Source: Octopus vulgaris
Lineage: Eukaryota
Assembly (NCBI GenBank): GCA_951406725.2
Contig: OX597818.1
Location: 34,534,001-34,598,000, forward strand
Direction: 5' to 3'
Length of the DNA: 64,000 nucleotides
Each line of letters starts with the position of its first letter. The first letter of the stretch is position 1. Positions 26,201 to 39,600 of this stretch are shown one piece after another. A program made the translations under genes and the position numbers. The notes beneath the pieces were generated by a model, which saw only the letters and a program-made list of their open reading frames with translations, did no database searches and had not been told where the DNA came from.

Positions 26201-26525
26201 GTTAGTGGGAGGGTCACTGCTTCCGTAGCCAAGAGGAAGAAAAGCCCTGAAGTATCGGGACCTGACAGTGAACTACCTCTTTCAACCTGTGACGTTTGAG
26301 ACGTTCGGAGGGACTGGGCCACTGACCGCGAAGTTCTTGTCAACGTTGGCAGCTCGCTTCACCGAGGCGTCATGTGATGCCAGTCAGAGCGCTTGGCTTT
26401 CCCAACGCCTCAGCCTCGTCATCGCCCGTGGTAATGCTGCGAGCGTGCTGGCTTCCTTCTGTTGGTTCCGTCAAACCTTGCAGTATGCGACCCGTGGCTA
26501 TGATAAAAAAAAAAAAAGAAGAAAA
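23245..26525 (+). mobile_element. Decayed CRE-clade-like non-LTR retrotransposon (RT plus restriction-like endonuclease)
   Basis: GAGIDGL, LRPITVGCTL, PIQLGV, LKLDHKNAFNSI, GVQRGDPLGP, WYLD, CRCG zinc knuckle, FETFG and QRLSLVIARGNAASVL; A-rich 3' tail; many stops and frameshifts; 5' boundary approximate. Confidence 0.82.
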
Positions 26526-27140
26526 TTCCCCACAAATGGTTTCAATAGTTTTAACAGAAAGATTTGAAGAATTAAATGAAAGTTCACTTGTAATTTTCTT
26601 TCATGTAAATAAATGTTTGTTAAAATGACAATATTCTAAAAGAAGTACATGTTTATGAAATTGAAACGTAAAGTTGAACTTGAAAAGGTGTATTTTTTTA
26701 TATATTCAGTTTAAACGATAGCAGTTAAGATATATGGTTAAATGAATTGTTTCAAAATCATTTTCGTGTAATTAACGCAACATGAATTCCTCCAAGTGAC
26801 TCGGTGTTTGTTCGCTAAACAATTTTAAAAGAGGGCCTTTACAACGTTCTCTCAAAGTGTTTTCTACTAAAATCTATGAACATTTACAGAGATGTACTTG
26901 CATAGCGAGAGACTTGATCTGAGATCGTGTGCTGTAACGAAAACAATTGCAGCGTGGAAGGTGTTTATAAGCCATTTAAAAAACACAAAACCGGTAGATT
27001 CATTTCAATATTTACATTTAATTTGTTAAAATATTTTCATCAAATTTGTCAATGAACAGGTCGCGGTCTCAAATCGATGAAAATATTTTGACAAATTAAA
27101 TTTAAATGTTGAAGTGAATCTAACGGTTTTGTTTCTTAAA

Positions 27141-27402
27141 TCTTTATATATAAAAGAGAAGTTGTGTGTCTGTCTCCTATGATTTAGATTCCTAACTACT
27201 CCCACATTTTGCGGTGCAGTTTAACCAAAACCGGGTATCTTATAGTCGTGATTCATATCGAGCCCTTCTGGGTATTAGCGCGCGTCTACGATGAGTCTAC
27301 GATTAAAATGCATTTTTTGCTATTTTTTGGCTATAACTCTCTAAAAATGCTTATATAGTTATTTCCCTTACAAACCCGAGCAACGCCGGGCGATACTGCT
27401 AG
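27141..27402 (+). mobile_element. Non-autonomous Helitron (same family as 10170-10473)
   Basis: A|TCTTTATATATAAAA ... CCCGAGCAACGCCGGG ... CTAG|T. Confidence 0.88.
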
Positions 27403-30400
27403 TAGCTTATAAACACCTTCCACGCTGCAATTGTTTTCGTTACAGCACACGATCTCAGATCAAGTCACTCTCCGTAAATGTTTATAGATTTGGCGAAGTT
27501 TCGAGATTTAAGTAGAAAACACTTCCACGCTGCAATTAATTGTCTCTGAACATTACAATTCAGTTATGTCCCTTGGCACAACGAAAACTAGTGTTTGAGT
27601 TTTTCTTCCGACGAGGGTGCAACCTTGTGCAAATGTAAGAAACGAATTTCTGATCATTTCTTTATCTCATTCGACATATATATATATATATACTAGTCTG
27701 TTGCCTATAATAATTAACCGAATCGGTTAATCTAACGGTAAGCACGGATCTTTGTTTGTGTTATTGTATTTTATTTTAAAATCAGATCGAATACACTTAT
27801 CTATTTAAATTTTATCGCCTAAAATATTTTACTGACGCACTAAATTGATTGCTTCTCAAGCGCAAAGTTTACAGATTTACCCCTTAAAAGCTAAATGAGA
27901 GATAATGATAACGTCTAATACGCATTTGTGAGTATATTTCTAAGGAGGAGACTGTGATATGTTAAATTCAAATTACGATGACCGTAAACAAACAAAGTTT
28001 ACTTTAGAAGCGTTGATAAAGGACCAACCTGTTAGGGCGCAATTGTTCATCTTTATCTCTTTCTTGTTTTCTTTCCTCCATCTACGCTTGTTCCTACGCT
28101 TGGTAGGCAAAATGCTTAGCGGTCTTTACGTTCTGAGTTCAAATTCCGCTGAGGTCGACTTTACCTCTCTTTCTTTCCGAGTCGATAAATTAGGTGCGAG
28201 TAGGTCTGGCCCCTTCCCACCAAATTTCGGGCCTTGTGCCTAGAGTAGAAAAGAATATATTCTTGTTACAAGGTTTGCATCGAAAACTTTTATTTAAATA
28301 TGAGCCTTTCATACGATTTTCGTGCTGAGTAGTTTTTCTATAATTAAAAGAGAGACACATTGGTTTATGTACTTTGGAAGATAAGATGATTGTGGAAGGA
28401 GCGTCATTGATCATAAGTATTCCCTATTAGGCTGATCAGCACCAATTAAATACTATATTGAAGCTAGGGAACTGGTGTTGCTCAGTGGTACAGAACCTGG
28501 AACAGGATGGTTAAGAAACGAACTTCTTTGTCAACTTAAAAAAAAAACAAACAATTTTTCTTAATCATGTGAATAGCTTAAGTTGGATAGCAAACACAAA
28601 GTGACAATTAAGAAAAGGGCTTTTATGCCGTCGCTCGATCTATTAGAAATTGCAGGTAGATCTCTCAAATCACAGTCCTGGATGCACTAAGTCTAGATAA
28701 AAGACTGGATTGCTTCCAGCTGTACTGCAGTAATAGCTGCATACATTACCTCTAAGTACTTTTTAGAAAAGTTCATATTTATATGCTCTATTGAACAGAG
28801 TAAAAATAATCGATAAGTCGTATAACTCTGATCTGTGATCGAAGACAATCTATCTGTTATCATCCAGTTTTTTATTCAGACTTAGTGCATCTAGAACTGT
28901 TATTTGAGAGAGATTTGGCTGCTATTTTTTGTAGGTCGCACGCCGTAAACTGTTACGTTGTTTTCCTTATTCATCTTACTCTAATTCATACAAGTTATTT
29001 ATCCCAGCATACTTACACAAATGGGCCCCATCGATTTTGTTTCCTCATAACTGCGAGGAAAATGGATGTTTTCCAATGAAAACTTCTATAAATATGCTTC
29101 AGGTGCTGTAGATTCCGATTATATAGGAATGTTTTTGCTAAAAGGTTTTTTTCCAAGGATGGGGAGAGGAGTTTCGAAAAATCACACGAGTTGTCTTTGT
29201 CTCCTCTCAACTTTCCGAAAACTGGATTTTAAAATTTTATATAAATACCTTTCAGGTGGTGTATATTACGATTATATTCGAATTTAATATGAAAAAAAAA
29301 AAAAAAGTGGTTACTGACACACATCACGAAATGAAAATTGAAATATCGAAAAAAATTTGTGAGGAGTCTCTTAATATATGTGTGAACGCCCACCATTTTT
29401 TCGTCTTAAATTCCGATATAATCATAATCCACATCATCTGAAAGTTATTTGTAGAAAGTTTCATTTTAAAATACCCAATTTTCTGAAAGTTACGAGGAAA
29501 CAAAACTGACTTTTGTGAATTTTCAGAAACTCCCCTTCCCACCTTCGGGAAAATTCTGCACCAGGCTCCATTTAACTGTTTTGATGTGGTTTCTCCAGCT
29601 GGTTGCCCTTTCTAATGCCAATCATTTTATGGAGTGTACTCAGTGCTTTTTATGTGTCTCCAGCACAGATGCTTTTTACATGCAACCAGCACCAGTGGGG
29701 TCACCAGTTACCTTGCAAGTCAAAAACCTCTCAGCTGCAAGAGGGAGTGGAACTGTGGAAAGTGGTTATGTGCCAGGCAAGAGGTTCAAGTGAAACAGAG
29801 GGACAGGGATAGGTGTCTTATTATAGAGGAGGTACTTGACTACACCTGTAGCACAGGGATGGAGAGGAAAGTGGGAGAGAGAGAGAAGTAGATGGTGTTG
29901 AAGGAAGCCTGTCAACAGGAAACATTGGAGGGAGTATAAGTAGTACTGAGGGAACAGAGGAGGATTTTCCATTAGGGTATGAGAGGAGATGTTTAGAGAT
30001 GGAGAAGACACGGCTGTTGCAAGTGATGTTGAGAGAAATTGCGGTAGCTGGGAGGGGTGTATGGTAGATGTGAGGGCATGGAGAATGAGCAGATAGGCAT
30101 GTGACGGGGAGGGGGGAACTTTCAGGTGGTGGTGGAGGTGTTAGAAAGATGGTTTGTTGGGGAGTTTTGACAGGGGAGAGACTATGTGTGTGTGAGGGAG
30201 TTCATGGCCATAAAGGACCTGCTTGGATGTGTGGATGGCCACACATTTACTTACCTTGACATGTCCTTTCATTTGACTGCTATGTCTTGCAGTTCAAGTG
30301 ATCATACAAAGACCCCATCATAAGCTCAAACTTAGGTCTGTCATGAGCCTTCAAGCTTTTTACTATCAGAGCTTATCTTGGTTTCTAGGGCTTATGAGCA

Positions 30401-30940
30401 ACTCAAGACTAGAGAAGTCCCTCCTGAACATGATGTCAGTCCATTACAGTTGCTGGTACTAATTTTCAGCTGAGAGGAGTGAAACAGTGTAAAATGAAGT
30501 ATACTGTTCAAGAACACCAGCCAGTCTGGAAATTGAAACCACAACCTTATAATCATGAATCCAACACCCTAACTAAGACCACATAGCTTCATATTGTCTT
30601 ACCATATCTGAATTAATATTAATGTATATATTGTCACAAGCTGCAGAAAGATAATTAAAAATAATAATCTGCTGATGATAAGTCAGCATTAATTCAATGG
30701 CAAGTGTTATTTCAGTATATAAGGGAGATAACTCGCGACATATTTCAATTGGATTAGCTCTCTTCAGCAAAGAATGGACTTCACCATAGTTTCCAAAGTA
30801 GTCATGAAAAAGGCACTTGGTGAAGAAGGATAAATACTTGCCTGAAAAATTTATCCCTTTCACACTCTTGAACCAGTTTTTAATAAATGTGTGTTGCTCC
30901 TTTTTGAATTTATTTTTCTGTTTGTTTTGAAGAACCAAAT

Positions 30941-31053
30941 ATGACTGAGAGTGAAAAGAAAACTACCTCTGATGGCGAATTTGATGAACATGGTTACTGG
31001 ATCAATCGGTGGACCACTAAAAATATTCCTTTCCACCAGGAAGAAATGCACGT
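30941..31053 (+). CDS. TPMT: TPMT (+ copy) coding exon 1: [37 protein letters not shown]
   Basis: ATG at 30941, donor gtaagt at 31054. Confidence 0.9.
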
Positions 31054-34000
31054 GTAAGTTACTCAATTATTTTTTAACTAATTAACCTAATCAAGTACCA
31101 AATCTGGCTCAAGTTGTAACTGTCTAGTTTTGCCATGATTGTTCTGCCATACTATTTAGTTATGTTAATATGCCATGGAAACTAAAATAAACTTTGACCT
31201 CATGAGCCTTTAAACTTATGACAGACCTAAAGTCAGTCCCACTTGACCCAAGATATGATCCCAGGGTCTGTTTTTATTGTTTAAGAGCTACATAGCACAG
31301 GTGATCTACCCTTTATAAGATAGCAGAGTGTTATTTGAGGGAGGCTTATCTGCTACTTCTAGCACATCAGGTGACTGCCTAGAGACTCCCTTACATGTCT
31401 TGAATTGATAAGGATGCTGGGTGACCAGCTGAGGGATGAACATTTCCTGTCACATCACTGATACTGCATCATACCTATAGTCAGCTCTTTTGTTACCATA
31501 TTTCTGTTAAAATACCCAGTCTTTATTTTAATTAATTCTGAAAAATAATGAAGAATTTAATAATGAAATAATTTTGCAGTAATTAAAATGATGTTTGAAA
31601 CATCAATCAACTTGAAATTTTGAAAGAAACTTGTTATTTAGATCACTTTACCCTTTAGCATTCAGATTTTTCTGTCAGATGGAGTGGTTGGCATTTAGGA
31701 AGGGCATACTAAATCAGATTGGAACCTGGTGTAGCTCTCCAGTTTAGCAGTTTCAACTAAGCCATCTAATCCATGCCAGCATGGAAAGCAGATGCTAAAT
31801 GATGATGATGAAGAGGAAAAGGTGGAGGATGATGATGATTGTCATGAATTTATCTTGCATTATCTTGTAACCTTGAGATTTTGATGATGTATTTGTTTAT
31901 GTTCAAAATGACATTCAGGGTAGATGTGAGACTCCAGATCTGGCCAGTTTGAACATAAAGCAAGTAGAATATTTTAGCCAGATATGTCCGTTTTAAATGT
32001 TAAAGGATTAAAATGAGAAATTTGTATCATAAAATGAGGGTCAGTCTCAGGTGGGTTGGTTTCAAATGGGTTAACCTATAGTAAAGTTCTTAGAAGAGTT
32101 TGCTAAGTCTAATTACTATTTTTTGCCCTTATCCTTTCTTCCAAAGGAGAAACAGAGAGAGAGAGAAGTAGTGTTGTCTGCAAATGGTAACAGAAATGAA
32201 GGAGTGGCATGTAAGAGGGGTAGGGAGAAGATGAAGGGAAACAAGAATTAGGGAGGTCAATCCACTATTTCTCAGTTACATGAAAATGAATTTATTTGTC
32301 TAATGTCTGTTTTCTTTTCCTTGCTAGCAAATACATTTCGCAGTCATTGTTCTCACAATCAAATGCCCTTCATCACCCTAAGCCTTGCTTGTTTCCCTGT
32401 GTGAAGGATTTATCTTTTATTTCCTCTTGCATCTTCAGCAGTATGAAGCTGGGGGATGTCAACAAGCATCACATTTTCTCATCTCAATATTTTTCATGCA
32501 AAGCATCGATACAGGCATACTATCCTAAGCCTTTATTCATGCATATGTGTATGCTTGCACATGTACACACATGCTCACTGCTACATTTGTAGTGCTGCAG
32601 AGATCCAAAAACCCCAGGTTGGATACCATTGAAGGGTTTAGCTGTTATTACCAGCAGTTTGAGTGATTTCATAAAGTCTCCCTATCTTGTTCTTGGTTTC
32701 TAATTCTGCCAGGTTTTCTTTGCTTCTTGTGCCTACAATACTGACAAAATGAGTACCAGTAACATATTGAGGTTCAATCTCTTGATTACACCTTTCCCCT
32801 TAAATAACTGGCATGGTACTCTGTCAAAAGAAATTATTATTGTTTTTATTGAATATTATTGAAATAATTGTTTATTTTTGCTATTCTTTTCTTCTGTCTT
32901 TAAGATCACTTGAGAAACACTTGGACAAATTTATTGATGGAAGAGATGGAATCAAAATTTTCTTTCCCCTCTGTGGAAAATGTGTAGATATGAAAAAGTA
33001 AGTATCGTCTTTGAATAACAGTGACTCAATAAGTTAGGAGATTACCTGAACACCTTATAAAAAGAACCAGCAAGGAAGTGCTTGTGTAGTTTCTGGACCT
33101 TACGTGCTCTATCTAAAGACTGAAGAAATCTGTATCAGTCTTTTGATTATCTTATGCTTGTAAAAGAGTTACATCAATCACTAATTAAGACTAAATAATC
33201 CACAAGTTTTATGCACCGTCTGAAAGATGGGACAGCTTCCAGGGCCATTACATATGGATTCAAGCTTCTTCATTAACTAACAGCAGGTCTTTGATAGGAA
33301 ATTTTTTGTATTAATATTCTGTAAATACCAATAGCAACATAGACACAGTGGCTCTGTGTCAAGGGTGTAAGTTACCCACACGCTGAAATACTTGTTCAAG
33401 GACTTGCTAATGGAAGCTGATCTAATTCCAAGTAATGAGAACAACATCTAATAAAAATGATGTCCCTTTTTAGCAATCACCCATTGAGATGCAACTCATC
33501 ATCCTGTGATAAATACTGTTTCCAATCCTTTTCTCAGCCTCTCATCCTTCTGGAACTCCTTCTCTGCTCTTGTTTTTTTCCCTCACCCACTAAATTTATG
33601 AGGATCCAACAGAACATTATATCCTGTGATGTGTGTGTGTGTGTGTGTTTAAGTGTGTGTGTTTGTGTGTGTGCACAAGTGTGTGTGCATAAATATAGGT
33701 GGATGTTAAATGATGATGATGATGCTGTGTAGTTTGTTTATTTTTCAGATTAGCAGATAAAGGGCACAATATTGTTGGAGTTGACGTTGCTGAACAAGCT
33801 TTTCAGGAATTCTTTACAGACCAGAATTTGGAATATACTGTTGAAGAATTAAAGGACAACACAGGAAAACTCTTTGCAGTAAATATTCATTTTTATAGTA
33901 GAAGCTTTTATAGAAATGTTGAAATAATGGTGCAGGTGTGGGTGTGTGTGGTATAAAATTTGCTTTCCAACCACACAGTTTGAAGTTCACTCCCAGTGTG

Positions 34001-36648
34001 TGGCACTCTAGCCTCATCTATATCTCCAGGTTGACCAAAGCCTTCTGAGTGAATTGGATTTGGTTGACAAAAACTGAAAGAAAGATTCTGTTATAGATAT
34101 ATATATATATCATCATTTAATGTCCGTTGTTCATGCTGCCATGAGTTGGACACACACCCACACACATACATACATATGTAACCACATGTGGACTGTTGGC
34201 GATTGTTTTCCACTGTCTTCCTTTTCTCTTGGACTTTCCTCTGTCTCCTGTTTCTGAAGGAGAGCTTTGCTCGAAACATAAAACACTCTTTTTTTCTTTC
34301 TCTGAGTGTCTCATTAATACTTTGTATTTACCATGTCCTCCTGTTGTTTTTTTTTTTTAGTCCTTTTTTTCCCTCAGCAGTAGTGGTATTGATGGTACAG
34401 TGGATAGTTGCATTGAAATTCTAATTGAAATATAATTTTGTGAGTTCATTCTCATCTTAAGTGCATTTACACATACATGATGCTTAACTGTTTAGCATTT
34501 AAACTGGTCAAATCTGGCTGAAATATTCTATGTTCAGACTGATCAGATCCAGCCTCTTTCACCTTCCCTACAATGTCATTTGAAAAAGAATCAATCACAG
34601 CATTGAAATCTCGAAGCTATGAGACAATGCATGAGTAATACAGAATGATGAGAATAAATAAACAATCGTATTTGACAGAGTGATCTGAATACTAATGAGT
34701 AAATAATAAATGGCAACTTAAGAACTGAAATTAGAGTATTATAGTAAAGAAATCCAGAAAATTGAAGTTAGCTGTTCAAAAATTGTTTCAATAAGTATTT
34801 CATTTGTATTATATCTTTCTTCTAGAGCAAAGATGGAAAGATCAAACTATATTGCATGGATATGTTTAAATTTTCAAAGTAAGTATTGCAATTTTTAAAA
34901 CTCTACTAAATTTTCAATATTAGAACATGGACACAGAGGAATGACTGAGTTGCTAGCTTTGCAACCACATAGTTCCAGGTTCAATCCCTATGTGTGCACC
35001 TTGGGAAAGTGTCTCCTACTATAGTCTGGAGCTTAAAAAAAGGCCAGTTGTGTGCATGTGTGTGTGTGTGCGTGCACGTGTGTGATGCATGGGTTTGTCT
35101 CTCCCTGACTTGACATCATGTTGTGCTTGTAAAATGTGTGTCAGTGTCAAAGAAGCAATGTCATTCATTTCCAATATTAAGTGTGGACATTGGCCTGCTC
35201 GCCCAGCCAAAGGTATGGCACCATTTGAAAGCTAAAATGATGAGGGGCACATTATAACCAGTGATGTATATCACGTGATCACATCATGTCTGGACATGGG
35301 GAAATATTAACTTGTTTGAAAACAGATGAGTGTTGGCAAAAGGAAGGGCAGTGGTGGTGGTGATGTAGTAGTGGCTGTAGTAGTTGTGTCTCATGTCCAA
35401 GAATTTCAATTTCCCCCTGTCGTAGGAAAATAACTTCAGTGGGAAATGCTAATGTTGTTAATTTGGGACACATGTGACCAAGGAATTGCTCATAAATTGA
35501 TAAACTGAATAAAAGTGCTTTGTAGCATTTATTCCATGCCATCTACATATCTTTATTCTATATCAGCTACATGTATTAATTAGCCATTTGATAATTAGAG
35601 ATCCTCATTTGCATCATCATCATTCAGCTTCTATTTTTCTTTGCCTGCATGAGTCAGATGGATTTTATTGAGGCAGATTTTCTACAGGTTGATAACCATT
35701 CCAGAGAAAAATGGACAATGATGATGACAGTTTTATTAATTTACCAATTTAAATTTAGAGAAAATATAATCAGATGTTATTTTATTAATGAATGTGACTG
35801 TTTTACTTATTTTTTTTCAATTTACAATGATTGTTAATTATTATTAATAGTCATGTTGTAGAAGACTGTCTTTAGGTCTGTGTGTTAGTTTGAAGAAAAC
35901 CACCAAGTAGGTACAAAGATAAATATGGCAATTGAAATTATCTCAAAGTGGTGGTGGTGGTTGACAAGGGACTGCAGATGAAATCCTTTTTCAGACAAAG
36001 GCTACTCAAGTCCTTACTGCCCCATTCATTTGATGTGTACAGGAAGTAGCTCCTTGTTTCTGCATGGGGAAAAGCATCTCTGACATTTATTTCACTTGCA
36101 GTAATTCTTTCTAGGCCTTCCTTTAACTTCATCTAAAATAAAGGAAGTAAAAATAGGTTATTTCTTTTCTTCCAGAATATAATTAAAAGTGCTTTTACAT
36201 TTCAACAAATTGTAATTAATTTTTCTTCTTTTTCTTTTCTGCTAAATCACAGGGATTTTGAAGGACAGTTTAATGCTATTTGGGATCGAGGAGCTCTTGT
36301 TGCTATCAGCCCCCAAACCAGAATAAGGTTAGTAATTATTGTTTAATGACTATAACATAATTACAGTCATGATGATATAATTTATGTTAGTTGCATAATA
36401 TTACTAATGATAGTAATATATATTGATTAATTAGAAGAAAACCTCCTTGCATAGTGACATTTTGAGGCAGAGCACTAATCAGTTACATTAACCCCAGTGT
36501 TTCACTAGTACTTAATTTATCAACCCCAAAAGTAGGCAAGGCAAAGTTGACCATGGCAGAATTTGAACTCAGAGCGTAAGGATGGATGAAATGTTGATGA
36601 GCATTTCGCCCGGCATGCTAATGATTCTGCTAACTCACTACCTTAATA

Positions 36649-36683
<35 letters not shown>

Positions 36684-39600
36684 ATTAATTATAATATTCT
36701 GTCTTCATATAAAAGATGGGCTACAGCAAATATTGTGCTCAATACCAATGATTTGCTTGTTTGACCTAAATCAGTTGAGCATATCACTTGGTGGCTGATG
36801 ATATGTGCATTTCTGATCATGAGCAGAAGTAGTGGGGGAGCATCATAGCCGTGTGTTGAGAGGAATTCTTTGGGGTTTGGATAATTCACCTCTGGAAACA
36901 GGGGTATTTCATTCAACATCCTTAAACAACCCTTATTCAAGGACTATTTGCGTGGGATGAGCTACTCAACCTGAAGAAAATTCTAACTGGGCCCCACTTG
37001 CAAGGTCATGCACTGTTAATCATGATATGAGATCACCATGTCATGCACATATGGTTGTGATGCATGTGCCTAGTGTACCTTACCAGACAGGTACTCATGA
37101 TGGGTACACTGGGCTTCATATATTTTACCCCAGTCTCATGGTGATGGCATGCACTGCTCTCACTCAATAATGATAATAATAAATGCCTTGATGCAATACC
37201 AGGCAGTGGCTCTCATGGCTTCTGATCTTAACTGATTGGAAGTGTTATCATGTACATTGTTTTGTCTTGGTGTAAAAGATGGGCTACAGCAAATATTCAG
37301 CTCAATACCACAGATTTGCTTTTCAGTTGCTTGACCTTAACCAGTTGAGCATATCCCTTAATGGATGATGTTATGTGTATATCTGATCATGAGCAGAAGT
37401 AGTGGAGGAGCATCATAGCCATGTGTTTAGAGGAATTCTTTGGGGTTTGAATAATTCACAGATGCCCTGGGAATGACAGCAAAAGGCGCTGATTGCTACC
37501 TAACACAGATACCAGGAAACCAAAAAATGGCAGAAATTCAAAAGATAGTGCTCAAGAGAACTGCTCATATCCTACGCAAAATGCTTTCCATGTAATCTCA
37601 AGTTTTAAAACAAACATAATTTTCTTATGGTTTCTTAAGCATTCACTAGTACAACACAAAGTACAAAGCCAAATATATGGCACCCTAGGTATAACACCAA
37701 CATGAACTTCCAACATGTTGTCTCTTGAGGTCTCTGTGTGAGACTTGCAGCCAACTTGTACAAATGTAAAGCAAAAGTCAAACATAGAATAATTATAGTA
37801 ATGATAATAATCCTTTCTACTATAGGCACAAGGCCTGAAATTTGTAGGGAGGGTTAAGTCAATTACATCAACCCCAGTACTTGACTGGTAATTAATTTAT
37901 CAACCCTGAAAGGATGAAAGGCAAAGTTCACCTTGGCGGCATTTGAATTCAGAACATAGCAACAGGTGAAATACCACTAAGCATTTTTCCCAGCATAACG
38001 ATTCTGCCAGTTCGCTGCCATAATGATAAAATAATGGTTTTAAATTTTGCCCTAAGGGCAGCAATTACATCGACCCCAGTGTTTTACTGGTACTTGTTTT
38101 ATCAACCCTGAAAGGATCAAAGACAAAGTTGACCTTGATGGAATTTGAACTCAGAACATAGCGGCAGACAAAATACCGCTAGTCATTTCGCCCGGCGTGC
38201 TAACGTTTCTGCCAGCTTGCCGCCTTAATAATGATAACAATAATAATAATTTGTACTAAACAAATTTGTAACATTAGGATATAGTCAACTAAATTTACTC
38301 CAGTTCAAGAGAATGAAAGGTAAAATGGAAACCAGAAGGATTTGAAACCAAAATTTAACAGGTGGAACTAAATTCTGTACCATTTGTCATCAACATCACT
38401 TCCATTTTAGTTCCCCCACTTCTTTTTTAGTTAACAATTGTTGGATCTTTTCGGTTTGAACGGCAGTTTTTAACATAATTTCTAGGTAACTAAAGCATTT
38501 TAAACTTAATATACTGGTAGAATGTGTTTATAAAACATCTTTTTCTCTTGGCTTTATTGAGAAAATTCTATAGTTTGTAAGATATTTGTTTTTTTTCTTC
38601 AATTTTTGCAATTTCAACCAATCAGTGACATCCTTTCAGGTGAAAAAACATTCTGTGCCATATGAATATGTTCCTCGTTTAAGAAACAGATTGGGTTTAT
38701 TTACATTTGTGAAGAAAAAAAGGATACCCTCTCCCCACCCCTAACCCTAACACAGATTGAAATGCAATAGATCGATACTAGGGTCATAATTATGGGTGAC
38801 AATTTCATATGTTCATACCGAAAAGATCCCAATTATTTCGAAAAGAACAACCACTTATTCACAACATGTTATTGTATTAAAAAGATATATAATGCATATA
38901 AAGACCTTAGATTTAAATCCTTAACTCTTAGGTGAACTGAATGTGGTTTGTAGTAACATAATTAACTAATGCTTAAAGGCAGCAGTTAAGAGATATGTGT
39001 GTTCAAGTTTCACTTCATACTCATTATGTCTCAACTCAATTTGTACTTACTCTTGATATTGAAAATATTTAAGGCAACAAGCTGGCAAAATTGTTAGCAT
39101 TCTGAGCAAAATGCTTATCAGCATTTTGTCTGTCTTTACATTCTGATTTCAAATGTAATCGACTTAACCCCGACACCGAAATTGCTGGCCTTGTGCCAAA
39201 ATTTGAATCCAATATAAGAAGTATTGAAAAATTGCAATTGAATTATGTTTTTTTGTTCATTTTCTTTATTCTTTCCTCAGAACTTCAACAGTATAAAGAG
39301 AAAATATTTTATTTTGAAAATATAATTGTTGTTGTTGTTATTGCATTTAGGTATTCCCAGGTGATAAAAGAGTTACTTTCCCCTGACTGTCACTATATGA
39401 TTGCCGCAATGCAGTATGACCCTTCAATATTTCAAGGTAAATGAAGAATGAGAGAGCACGATACACTATAACCACTTGAATATATGGTGAGGTTTTCCTC
39501 TCTTTGAAAATCATCCCTCACAAAAATATGAACCACTTTTATTGAATTTCATATAAATTTCTAAGTAAACACGAAATACTTTCCAAAAAGTCTTAAAAAC

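Larger units (their letters stand above)
18813..38235 (+). repeat. Right arm of large inverted segmental duplication
   Basis: Mirror of 305-13926, longer because of the Chapaev-like insertion and the retained CRE element. Confidence 0.95.

Noticed and set aside
27045-27085. Second hammerhead candidate (stem followed by GAAA; related sequence on the minus strand at ~61960-61995)
   Set aside because: Lacks the CUGANGA core directly before the stem.
305-38235. Sense/antisense dsRNA between the two TPMT transcripts
   Set aside because: Divergent transcription gives same-sense RNAs; dsRNA would need a read-through transcript across the spacer, for which the sequence gives no evidence.
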